Shown here in pieces: positions 31,501 to 39,385 of a stretch of 64,000 nucleotides of DNA (positions within the stretch are counted from its first letter, which is position 1; each line of letters opens with the position of its first letter). The translations under genes were made by a program, and so were the position numbers. The stretch comes from an uncultured bacterium. GTDB taxonomy: Bacteria; Fidelibacterota; UBA2242. The notes beneath the pieces are model-generated. The model saw nothing but the letters and a program-made list of their open reading frames with translations. It was not told the DNA's origin and did no database searches. The stretch is taken from positions 96,110-160,109 of the forward strand of contig CAYTUQ010000002.1 in the NCBI GenBank assembly GCA_964441235.1, in the 5' to 3' direction.

Positions 31501-31901
31501 ATATGTTCAAATAGTGTGATCTCTCCAGCCGGAGTTACATTTACTTTAAATTCTTCCTTAGATAGAGATTTAAACCACCTATTTGACCAGTGCCAGATTT
31601 TGAATTCTTTATTTAACAGATTGCCTGATTCCTCTACCCCAACCTCTTTTTCAATAAACACTTTAGATGCGTTATCATAATCAAAAGCAATTGCGTGGTG
31701 ATAATCCGATAAACCAATATTGAGTTTTCCTAAAAATTGTTCGGCAATTCCCCTCGATTCTTTCCTGTCGACATCAAACTTAATCGTCTGCTCCGGAAAA
31801 GCCTTCCCATAATTATTAAGCTCAAACCAAAGTGAAAAAATGATAAGTAAAATACATAGGGATACATAAACGAAATCTCTTTTTTTAAATCTATCCCCCA
31901 T
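28539..31901 (-). CDS. Very large polytopic membrane protein with a CPBP (CAAX/Abi) intramembrane protease core and an internal duplication
   Basis: 1120 aa. CPBP motifs EEFTFR, FAHANY, HYTVD in the first TM bundle. Two homologous ~200-aa extracytoplasmic domains (..WFKSLSKEEFKVNVTP.. / ..FFKPLEKEEYRVYVNP.., each ending K[IL]PE[ED]W). Confidence 0.8.
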   Translation of the reverse strand: MGDRFKKRDFVYVSLCILLIIFSLWFELNNYGKAFPEQTIKFDVDRKESRGIAEQFLGKLNIGLSDYHHAIAFDYDNASKVFIEKEVGVEESGNLLNKEFKIWHWSNRWFKSLSKEEFKVNVTPAGEITLFEHIIPEEASSPSLPIDEARRLSHTFLRDILEVEMGNWEFVDEKTEIKPNRVDYLFTYKEKGIEVYNATYRFEILVQGNKIGKYREYLKIPEEWKREYKHLRSLNTTTAAIAEIFFLMILIAALIISIIRISKRDVRLKTAVIFGVITFCLQLFSVFNRIPITVYNFDTNQSLGNFYGTLIILGILKSLFFGLLVTLIAGAGETLYRQHYTKKISLTKTFSLQGMRTKRFFFSLLVGISLAFLFMAFQTFFYLSAKRYGAWSPAEVPYSGILNTAFPWIFVIFAGFAPAVIEEFTFRMFSIPFLERLLKSKVLAILIPAAIWGFAHANYPNQPFWIRGVEVSIFGVIIGVVFLKLNILTVLVWHYTVDALYSSLILIRTGSTYLVISGALAAGIMFIPLLYNLFMYIKNGRFASSRGITNEIEGIVKPVEVEEEVKVIPEIKYKPLSKKRLRTGAILGLIFLITFFIPAEKVGEFYHYPVQKKEIINTAKKFIENKGVDPQNFKYAIGLEKNYESIWGKYAIENSSLEKLNTVLAQYLPNSSVWYVRFFKPLEKEEYRVYVNPMDNVVVSFNHIIEETAPGYTLTKENAILRAEAFLAQQDINLSEFELKEAFSQQLENRTDHTFIWEARMGHPSNINKGKLRFKIIVRGDEVSSFDRFYKLPEDWVRIQTQRTVTDSVRIGLQIGIIVALAVVAILFFLKKFKSQTVEWKPAIVVSLAIALLVILGEILLYKEAQLGYNTTWSLGVWNILWILLTLLKGIGVWGLTLLLIISIVVLYPHLLYSFRKDRRQVYSTDAVFSSALLIMGLFAISKFSSIISSSWTGGIASPNFVLPNFLASHLPPLNVFIQVCFKGVVAACVIGLITFSLKNIISKTIYKILIPVVLIAVFMPSNVGTIPEFLVNYISVALFVLWLWIGIKYFLKDNIPAYVCAGLGFYMVSAIVDFIKFGSPRGKLSAYFFILILVIGVIWILTEKRAFNVKSKIREYFKH

Positions 31902-31963
31902 AATTCAGCCTTTTATAAATATAATCACCTGCAATTTTAATTACATCTAAACAGTATAAAGAC

Positions 31964-31991
31964 AAAAGACTCCGTTATAAAAAACGGAGTC
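31964..31991 (-). terminator. Rho-independent terminator after the 76-aa gene
   Basis: Minus strand reads GACTCCGTT-TTTTAT-AACGGAGTC followed by TTTTGTCTTT. Perfect 9-bp stem. Sits between the 32041 stop and the CPBP gene start. Confidence 0.75.
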
Positions 31992-32040
31992 TAAAAAAAT
32001 CTCTTCTTAAAACAAGTTATCTGTTTTCAGAGATAGAAAA

Positions 32041-32271
32041 TTAACCCTTACGTCCACGCGCCATTTTTGCACGTGAAATATCGCCATCTTTGTCTACAAA
32101 ATAAAGATAACCTTTCTCTCTCTTTACGCCGGCTTTATGAATAACTTCTGCACCACCGCCTTTGTCGCCGCCGCGTGCCATTTTTGAACGTGCCAAATCA
32201 CCATTTTTGTCAAGATAGTACAAGTAGCCTTTTTCCTTTTTAACGCCACAACTTACAACTTTTTCTGCCAT
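32041..32271 (-). CDS. Small basic protein made of two ~35-aa repeats (K[KR]EKGYLY[YF][LV]DK[ND]GD[LI][AS]R[SA]KMARG)
   Basis: 76 aa. Strong RBS AAGGAGG 7 nt upstream, consensus promoter and terminator. No family recognised. Confidence 0.8.
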   Translation of the reverse strand: MAEKVVSCGVKKEKGYLYYLDKNGDLARSKMARGGDKGGGAEVIHKAGVKREKGYLYFVDKDGDISRAKMARGRKG

Positions 32272-32320
32272 AATAAGTCCTCCTTTTGATTTTCTGTCAG
32301 TAATATCATCATTTGTGTTA

Positions 32321-32349
32321 ATGTTAATAGACTACATTTAAAATGTCAA
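32321..32349 (-). promoter_or_regulatory. Sigma-70-like promoter: TTGACA - 17 nt - TAACAT
   Basis: Minus strand reads TTGACATTTTAAATGTAGTCTATTAACAT, ~45 nt upstream of the RBS of 32041..32271. Confidence 0.6.
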
Positions 32350-32525
32350 GACTTTCTTCCCTTAATAAGAGATTTTTTTTAATTAAAATATTTTATAATT
32401 ATTTGTTCAGCAACGCTTAAAAGTGAGATTTAAAAAAAGTTCTCTGCACATTATTATTTGTCGATTTATCAAACGATACGAGTTGCAAGGAATTGAATAA
32501 TCAACAAATAATGACAACCTACAAA

Positions 32526-34709
32526 TTATCTCAACAACACAACTTTTCTATGCGAGCTGAAACTGCGTGCAGTCATCTGGCATATATACATTCCTCCGGG
32601 AACAGGCGTTTCTTTCAAATCTAATCCATTCCAGTATATGTCATAAATTCCCGGGGAGTGATTGCCTGAAGCGAGAACCTTTATCTTTTTCCCCAGGATA
32701 TCATAAATAGTAACCTCTATAGGACCATACTTTGCAACCTCATATCGAATACGAGTTTCGGCATTGAAAGGATTTGGGTAATTCTGGTGTAGATAAAACC
32801 TTGTGGGACCAAGTGCTTTTCCCAGGCTTCTTCTCGAACTTATCGTAGTAAAGGCAAAGGGACGAATATTGGTATTGGATGCCCATATTTCATTACCAAA
32901 ATTGTCAAAAGCAACAACCTTCCAAAAATACTTTGTAAAGTAGTTGAACTTTTGTATAGGAGTATAAACTACCGAATCACCTTCTGAAGGAGAAAGAACA
33001 ACTACTTTAGTATTAATTAAAAATAGACTGTCAGTACTAAAATAGAGGTAATACCTAATATTGCTTCCCGGATCTTTGTCATAAGTATTTTGCCACATAA
33101 AGCTGGCATCTATTGACACGGAATCTTCATTAAAATAAGGCGACAGGATTAAAAAAGGCTCGGGCGGCTTATCTTCAGAATTAACTCCAAAAACCACCTG
33201 CTGAGACAAATCGGATTTATTTCCATCCGGATCAACAGCAGCCACCTGATAAACGTAATATTTATCCTCTTTTAATAACGGTAGGTATAAACTTGTAACC
33301 CCAGGTTTACTCTTAACCTGCTTCACTTTTTTTGTATTATCTGAGCAAAAATATCGGACAATGTAGTATATATCTCTTTCAGTTTGCCCTGGATCCGGAT
33401 CGTCCTGCAGTTGGAAAACAATGTCATCTGACGGATTGAAAATGTTCCCATCTTTAGGTGACAATAAAAGCGGTTGATGCGGAGGAGCATTACCTAAATC
33501 AACAATAAAAGAACCAACTTGATATCTCAACGTTTCCAATCCTTCAACATCTCGTGCCATCACTTTCCAAAAATAAGTGCGGTGATTCTCAAGGTTTTTG
33601 GTTTGATATTCATAAACTTCAGGAGACAAATGAGCGGTATCAGTTATTTTAGTAAATAAAGAATCTATGGAAATATATACAGAATATTCTTTCAAGCCAC
33701 CACCAAGATTCTCATCGGGAGCTACAGAGCGGTTCCAGTATAATTCTGGAAATCCTTTGATAATTTCGCCGTGAATTGGCGATCTTAAACTGAATTGAGA
33801 GGGAGGTTCATTTATTTTGTTCACAAAAAAGTTAAACAGCTTGCTCCATTCAGAATACTCTACTCCATCATGAGCTCTAATCTTTGCAAAATATTCTCCG
33901 TTTTCCACAAAGTTGAATCTACAAATATGAATCCCGCTGTTTTCCGAAATGACTATTTTCGAGAATGTTGTATCAATCAGTGTTTTTAATCCTTCAGCAT
34001 CAGAAGTAATCTTTATTTGATAGAAAATATCACCATCTTTTAGTTCTTTATCCTTAGATAAAGTAAAAGGGAAAAGCATTTCTTTGTTACGAAAAACATG
34101 ACCATTTTGTAGTTGAAAAAACGGCTTAGATGGAGGAGTATTCATATTAAATTCTATTTGCTTCCATTCAGACCAACCAAATTTAGGAGCCTTTGCTCTG
34201 ATAGAAAATTTATATGTTATTCCATCATGTATATCTCCTAGACTTATATATCGAAATGTTGTATCATCAAAGGCTCTAACGCCTGATTCCCAGATAGTTG
34301 AATCAGCTTCTGCTTTTTTCTCAACTAATACCATTTCTACTAACAAATGCTCAACAAAATGCGAGTAGCTCCACCTGAATTGTAAAGCATGGTTGATGCA
34401 TTGGTTGAGGTCTTCTTCACCATCCAAAATCAGATTGGTTATAAAAAAACCGCTGTCAGATGAAGAAAATCCAAAAACTGTAAGCGGTAATATCAGAAGC
34501 GTAAAAATAAGATAAATTTTACTTGATATTCCTGCATTTTTCCTATAGTTACGTTTAATAAAAATCCCTATTTTAAATTTGATAAATAAAGGGATTGTTT
34601 TACATTCAAAATCTTGTATGTAGCTGCGGACTGTCAAGTCTGCAGTTGAATTGAAAGATTCAATAAAAGGCAGTAGTTTACACTCTATAAAGCTATTTAT
34701 TAAATCCAT
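32526..34709 (-). CDS. Secreted multi-domain (Fn3/Ig-like repeats) protein with T9SS C-terminal sorting domain; 5' end uncertain
   Basis: 727 aa. The C-terminal ~85 aa (..LHQNYPNPFNAETRIRYEV..YDILGKKI..GIYDIYWNG..GMYICQM..) is a classic Por/T9SS CTD. The signal-peptide-like segment sits only at residues ~63-82. Residues 1-35 are encoded by repeat sequence. Confidence 0.8.
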   Translation of the reverse strand: MDLINSFIECKLLPFIESFNSTADLTVRSYIQDFECKTIPLFIKFKIGIFIKRNYRKNAGISSKIYLIFTLLILPLTVFGFSSSDSGFFITNLILDGEEDLNQCINHALQFRWSYSHFVEHLLVEMVLVEKKAEADSTIWESGVRAFDDTTFRYISLGDIHDGITYKFSIRAKAPKFGWSEWKQIEFNMNTPPSKPFFQLQNGHVFRNKEMLFPFTLSKDKELKDGDIFYQIKITSDAEGLKTLIDTTFSKIVISENSGIHICRFNFVENGEYFAKIRAHDGVEYSEWSKLFNFFVNKINEPPSQFSLRSPIHGEIIKGFPELYWNRSVAPDENLGGGLKEYSVYISIDSLFTKITDTAHLSPEVYEYQTKNLENHRTYFWKVMARDVEGLETLRYQVGSFIVDLGNAPPHQPLLLSPKDGNIFNPSDDIVFQLQDDPDPGQTERDIYYIVRYFCSDNTKKVKQVKSKPGVTSLYLPLLKEDKYYVYQVAAVDPDGNKSDLSQQVVFGVNSEDKPPEPFLILSPYFNEDSVSIDASFMWQNTYDKDPGSNIRYYLYFSTDSLFLINTKVVVLSPSEGDSVVYTPIQKFNYFTKYFWKVVAFDNFGNEIWASNTNIRPFAFTTISSRRSLGKALGPTRFYLHQNYPNPFNAETRIRYEVAKYGPIEVTIYDILGKKIKVLASGNHSPGIYDIYWNGLDLKETPVPGGMYICQMTARSFSSHRKVVLLR

Positions 34710-34975
34710 GGTAGATAATTCTGAATTAAAAAATGAATTTAAGGACCTGGCACAAGGTTCATAAAAGTTCCGTTACGAACTCACTCGTAACGGTGTTTCA
34801 AACCTGCTACAAGTTAGCTCGTGCCAGAACTAAAAAAGGTTGTATGTAGCTGCGATCAGGCAGTTGCCGGACCGCAGTTGAACCGCAAGGTTCAATAAAA
34901 GGTAAGAGTTTGTATTATCAGTAGTTTTTCTGTTTTCTCCGAAAACAATATCGGACACGACTGTCCGATACTACC
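34706..34975 (+). repeat. Composite repeat family C, copy 1 (~265 bp)
   Basis: Direct repeat of 35834..36104 with about 9 mismatches by eye. Made of hairpins CCGTTACGA..TCGTAACGG, GCGATC[A/C]GGCA-GT-TGCCGGACCGC, TTGAACC-G[C/A]AA-GGTTCAA, GTTTTC..GAAAAC and TATCGGACA-CGAC-TGTCCGATA. Confidence 0.9.
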
Positions 34976-35139
34976 TTTGAATTAAAGTTACGTTGTGAGC
35001 TAACTCGTAATGGATATATTAATACCTTGTTTCAACTATTCATCTATTGTCAGTTAATTCCATGGAGTTTATTGGTTAATTTTAATTGAAAAAATTTACT
35101 TATTCTCTAATATTATCCATTTTTTTATTTTTGTTAATT

Positions 35140-35424
35140 TTATTTTTTAAAAATATCCGAATGTGAACCAGTTCTGACCAAATATATTGCCTTATCATCC
35201 TCCTTCCAGATTAGAAGCAAATCCGTTTCAATATGACATTCTTTGTAACCGGACAAATTTCCCTTCAATGGATGTGATTGATATTTGCCAGGAATATTTT
35301 CACCCTTTTCAAGATGACGAATCAGGATATCAAATTTGGTAAAATTTACACCACGTCTAACAAGTCTTTTCAAATCCTTTTTGAATGCTTTAGACACAAT
35401 TACGGACTTTTTCACACCGGTCAT
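35140..35424 (-). CDS. yafQ: Type II toxin, YafQ/RelE-family mRNA interferase
   Basis: 94 aa. ..FKKDLKRL.., ..HPLKGNLSGYKECHIETDLLLIW.., ..LVRTGSHSDIF typical YafQ C-terminus. 4-nt overlap with the antitoxin. Confidence 0.9.
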   Translation of the reverse strand: MTGVKKSVIVSKAFKKDLKRLVRRGVNFTKFDILIRHLEKGENIPGKYQSHPLKGNLSGYKECHIETDLLLIWKEDDKAIYLVRTGSHSDIFKK

Positions 35425-35690
35425 TTATTGTTGATTCCAAGGTCTTTATACATTTCATCAACGCTGTCATAGCTCGTCAGGTTACGATTTTTCTCAATAT
35501 CATCAATTGCTTGTAATGTTTCCTTATTAGGGATACGCAATTCAAATGGGATACCGCGATAGTAAATAACCTGCTTTAAAAACAGATTAATAGCACCAGT
35601 CATTGTTAAGCCCAGGTGCCTAAAAACCGATTCTGAGTTTCTTTTAATTTCTTCCGATGTCCTTATATTAATACTGGCTGTTTTACTCAT
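35421..35690 (-). CDS. dinJ: Type II antitoxin, DinJ/RelB family
   Basis: 89 aa. ..INIRTSEEIKRNSESVFRHLGLTMTGAINLFLKQV.. ribbon-helix-helix DinJ signature. Confidence 0.9.
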   Translation of the reverse strand: MSKTASINIRTSEEIKRNSESVFRHLGLTMTGAINLFLKQVIYYRGIPFELRIPNKETLQAIDDIEKNRNLTSYDSVDEMYKDLGINNK

Positions 35691-35833
35691 TATTTTACCC
35701 TTTCATATAACTAAATAAATGTAATGCTATGTATTGCTAATAGCAACACAATTTTAATATTAAAATAGATTTACACAGGTCAATAAGATATTTTTTCTGT
35801 TAAAATGTGGCTTCTCTTTGAGCTTTATTAAGT

Positions 35834-36104
35834 CTATGGCAAATAATGCTGAATTAGAAAAATGAATTTAAGGACCTGGCACAAGGTTCATAAAAGTTCC
35901 GTTACGAGCTCACTCGTAACGGTGTTTCAAACCTGCTACAAGTTAGCTCGTGCCAGAACTAAAAAAGGTTGTATGTAGCTGCGATCCGGCAGTTGCCGGA
36001 CCGCATTTGAACCGAAAGGTTCAATAAAAGGTAAGAGTTTGTATTATCAGTAGTTTTTCTGTTTTCTCTGAAAACAATATCGGACACGACTGTCCGATAC
36101 TACT
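35834..36104 (+). repeat. Composite repeat family C, copy 2
   Basis: See copy 1. Its 3' end is interrupted by the family A element. Confidence 0.9.
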
Positions 36105-36371
36105 ATGTCGTTTCCTACTTATCGCTGCAATTATTTATTTATTAAATTCCAAATTTCCCCGAGGGGGTCTCTTTCCCAGCGGGATCTCTTCGAGACGAGA
36201 CAAGCACCAAATATCAAGTAAATTCCAATAAACAAATATAGAAATTCAAAATAGTTTAGTTCATTTTAATTTGAGATTTTGAAATTATTTGTAAATTATC
36301 CCAAGGGGACTCATTCGGAGGAAATTGTAATTTGGGATTTTCTTTAATTGCTAAGTTATTTTAGAAACGCT
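36105..36371 (-). mobile_element. Family A element, copy 2 (267 bp): MITE-like non-autonomous insertion flanked by 8-bp direct duplication ATACTACT
   Basis: Filled site: CCGATACTACT|ATGTCGTTTCC...AGAAACGCT|ATACTACTATTGAATTAAAG. The paralogous uninterrupted site at 34968 reads CCGATACTACCTTTGAATTAAAG. Short terminal inverted repeat GTCGTTTC / GAAACGC. No ORF. Confidence 0.65.
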
Positions 36372-36466
36372 ATACTACTATTGAATTAAAGCTCCGCTAC
36401 GAGCTCGCTTGCAACGGAGTACCATCCAAATATTCTGGTATGAGTGAGCTCATACCATAACTAAAA

Positions 36467-37690
36467 TTACTTCTTATAATCAGCCAGAACTCCTAAAACG
36501 TAATCAATATCCGCTTCAGTGTGATCAGCACAAACCTGAAATCTTATCTCTTCATCACCTTTCGGAACTACTGGATAATTCAGCCCTGTTCCAAGAACGC
36601 CATGCTCAGTAAGATAATTAACAAGTTCAGATGTCTTCTTTGTATCACGTATCATTAATGGCACAACAGGATGATCGCCCTTGATAGTTTCGTAACCTAA
36701 CTCTCTCAATCCAGTGTCAAACTTCTTCGTCATAGCCCTGAGGTGTTCTAAAATTTTAAGACCTTCAGCACTATCAAGAATATCGATTGATTTCATAGCG
36801 GCACATGATTCTGAAACAGTAATCGGATTTGAATAGATATACATTGGTGCTGTTTCACGAAGGTATTCAATTATTGTTGAGGACGATACAACATAACCAC
36901 CGTTTACTCCGAATGCTTTTCCTAATGTTGCAACCAGGATATCAACTTTTCCACCTGTGTATTCCTCCGTTCCTCTTCCGGTTTTCCCCAACGCGCCAAC
37001 ACCATGAGAATCATCTGCAATTGTGATTACACCTTCCTCGAAATCGTCATTATACTTATTACAAATATCGACAATTTCGTTTAATGGAGCATTATCACCT
37101 CTCATGCTGAAAATCCCGTCTGTAATGACTAATGCCCTTTTACCTTTCCCGATACTCTTTTTGAGCTTAATATCAAGGTTAACCATATCATTGTGTTTGT
37201 AAATAACTTTTTCTGCAGGTCTGGATAGTCTTATCGCATTGATAATGCAGTTATGATTTAGTTCATCACTTACCACAACCGTCTCTTTTGTTGTTAAGGG
37301 TACTATAACGCCAATGCTTGCAACATAAGCAGAGCTAAAAATCATTCCTGCTTCCCTGCCGTGAAATTTTGCCAATTTCTCTTCCAGTTCAATATGTGGT
37401 TTATGAGTTCCACTGATAAAACGGACAGCTCCGGGGCCTGCACCAAATTTTTTAGCAGCATCTTCTTCGGCTTCTATTACCTCGTCTCGTAAAGACATAC
37501 CTAAATACGAATTGGAATTCATCTTAATAAACTCTTTGTCACCCCAACCCTCAAGTAAATAGCGCGGACCCTTTTCACCTTCTGCTTTTTTAACCTTAAC
37601 GATAATTTTTTCTTTTCCCTTAGCTCTTCCGCTCTCTTTTAAATCTTTTAATTGATTGTCAAGAACTTTTAATAAACGACTCAACGTCAT
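36467..37690 (-). CDS. kbl: Glycine C-acetyltransferase (2-amino-3-ketobutyrate CoA ligase)
   Basis: 407 aa alpha-oxoamine synthase fold. PLP-lysine context ..ATLGKAFG... Linked to tdh. Confidence 0.85.
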   Translation of the reverse strand: MTLSRLLKVLDNQLKDLKESGRAKGKEKIIVKVKKAEGEKGPRYLLEGWGDKEFIKMNSNSYLGMSLRDEVIEAEEDAAKKFGAGPGAVRFISGTHKPHIELEEKLAKFHGREAGMIFSSAYVASIGVIVPLTTKETVVVSDELNHNCIINAIRLSRPAEKVIYKHNDMVNLDIKLKKSIGKGKRALVITDGIFSMRGDNAPLNEIVDICNKYNDDFEEGVITIADDSHGVGALGKTGRGTEEYTGGKVDILVATLGKAFGVNGGYVVSSSTIIEYLRETAPMYIYSNPITVSESCAAMKSIDILDSAEGLKILEHLRAMTKKFDTGLRELGYETIKGDHPVVPLMIRDTKKTSELVNYLTEHGVLGTGLNYPVVPKGDEEIRFQVCADHTEADIDYVLGVLADYKK

Positions 37691-37702
37691 TTTGTCCTCC
37701 TA

Positions 37703-38077
37703 TTATTTTTCTAATACAACTATTGCACTTGCTAAATCTTTTAAGTGAGAGAGAGAAACTTGAATATTTGTAACCTTGCTTTGTTCAATAAATTTCTTTG
37801 TCTTACCATATAAAACAATTTCCGGCTTTCCAAGTTCGTTATTTGCAATTTCTATATCTTTGAAGGTAAGACCCCCTCGCCAGCCTGTTCCAATAGCTTT
37901 GAAAAAAGCCTCTTTTGCAGCAAAACGAGCGGCATAATTTTGGACTTTAGTCTTTCTGGATTCACAATATTGAATTTCTTTTAGAGTAAATATCTTCTCT
38001 TTGAAACGATTTCCCTTTGAAATCTCCTTCTCTATGCGTTCAATCTCTATTATATCGGTTCCAATTCCGAAAATCAT
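37703..38077 (-). CDS. acpS: Holo-[acyl-carrier-protein] synthase
   Basis: 124 aa. MIFGIGTDIIEIERI.. and ..FAAKEAFFKA.. signatures. Confidence 0.92.
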   Translation of the reverse strand: MIFGIGTDIIEIERIEKEISKGNRFKEKIFTLKEIQYCESRKTKVQNYAARFAAKEAFFKAIGTGWRGGLTFKDIEIANNELGKPEIVLYGKTKKFIEQSKVTNIQVSLSHLKDLASAIVVLEK

Positions 38078-38113
38078 GGCGTCCTTAATCTAAGATTCAA
38101 CCCTCTCCCTGAA

Positions 38114-39067
38114 CTACAATTTAAGCTTTTTCTTTAACTTCTTAAGCATATCTTCTGTCATCTTTGAAAGATCATATTCCGGTTTCCAGCCCCATTCTTC
38201 ACGCGCTGCAGAATCATCCATTGAATTAGGCCAGGAGTCTGCAATTGCCTGTCTAACTGGATCAACATTATATGTCATCTCAAATTCTGGAATGTGTTTC
38301 TTAATTTCAGCACAAATATGCTCAGGTGCAAAGCTCATAGCAGTAACGTTAAAAGCGTTTCGATGTTTCAATTTATCAGGGTCTGCTTCCATAAGGTCTA
38401 TCGCTGCATTTATTGCATCAGGCATATACATCATATCCAGATAAGTCCCCTCAGCAAGAAAACAGGTATATTTTTTATTTTTAAGAGCTTCATAATAAAT
38501 TTCTACAGCATAGTCAGTTGTACCACCTCCCGGTAATGTAACATTGGAAATAATGCCGGGGAAACGGACTCCACGAGTATCCACGCCAAACCTTTTAAAA
38601 TAATAGTCACAAAGCAGCTCGCCACTAACTTTGGTTACACCATACATTGTATTCGGACGTTGAATAGTATCCTGAGGGGTATTATCAACAGGAGTCGTTG
38701 GGCCGAAGGCACCAATTGAACTTGGAGTAAAAACAGCGCACTTATTTTCACGAGCAACTTCCAACACATTATATAGACCGTTTATATTTACGTCCCAGGC
38801 AAGTTGAGGCTTGGCTTCAGCAACAGCTGAAAGTATTGCAGCAAGATGAAAAACTAAACTGATGTCATACTTTTTAACGATATTGTCAATCGCTTTGATA
38901 TCACAGCAATCAATATATTCAAAAGGACCTGAACTGAATAATTTTTCACCTGGTTTTGTTCTATGCCCGGCTGCTATAACATTATCATTCCCGTATCTTT
39001 CACGAAGAGACATAGTTAATTCAGAACCGATTTGTCCTACTGCACCAGTAACTAATATCTTTTTCAT
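38114..39067 (-). CDS. tdh: L-threonine 3-dehydrogenase, GalE/SDR-type
   Basis: 317 aa. KILVTGAVGQIGSEL Rossmann motif and YGVTK catalytic motif. Context with kbl. Confidence 0.85.
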   Translation of the reverse strand: MKKILVTGAVGQIGSELTMSLRERYGNDNVIAAGHRTKPGEKLFSSGPFEYIDCCDIKAIDNIVKKYDISLVFHLAAILSAVAEAKPQLAWDVNINGLYNVLEVARENKCAVFTPSSIGAFGPTTPVDNTPQDTIQRPNTMYGVTKVSGELLCDYYFKRFGVDTRGVRFPGIISNVTLPGGGTTDYAVEIYYEALKNKKYTCFLAEGTYLDMMYMPDAINAAIDLMEADPDKLKHRNAFNVTAMSFAPEHICAEIKKHIPEFEMTYNVDPVRQAIADSWPNSMDDSAAREEWGWKPEYDLSKMTEDMLKKLKKKLKL

Positions 39068-39385
39068 TTCTCCACCACAAAATTAAAATATTTTCCCATA
39101 CTTAATAACTCATAGTAATTTATATATTAAATTTAGTTAACTCTCAACATATAAAGCACGATATTTACAAATATCAAGCCATCTATTCACAGCAAATTGC
39201 TGCGCATTAAAATCCAATCAAAAAACACTCGTTAAATAAAAATTAAAAATCATATTTCAACGAATAAAATACAAATCTTACAATTTCTCTTGCTCACTCG
39301 TCAGAAAAACTGTTAGATTCCAAACCGATATTTCTAATTGTCATTGACTTACCAAATCTCTCGATAAAATAAATTGGAATAAAAA

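Noticed and set aside
34706-36104. Integron-like gene cassette (family C repeats acting as attC sites).
   Set aside because: I could not find the R''/L''-L'/R' arrangement or GTTRRRY cores. The repeats (~265 bp) are longer than typical attC sites, and there is no intI nearby. The idea is kept only as an analogy in the finding.
14432-36371. Composite transposon or invertible 21-kb segment bounded by the inverted family A copies.
   Set aside because: The content is ordinary chromosomal genes (ldcA, rlmD, HD-GYP and others). There is no transposase or recombinase, and I saw no duplication at the outer ends. Inversion potential is noted, but there is no evidence of mobility as a unit.
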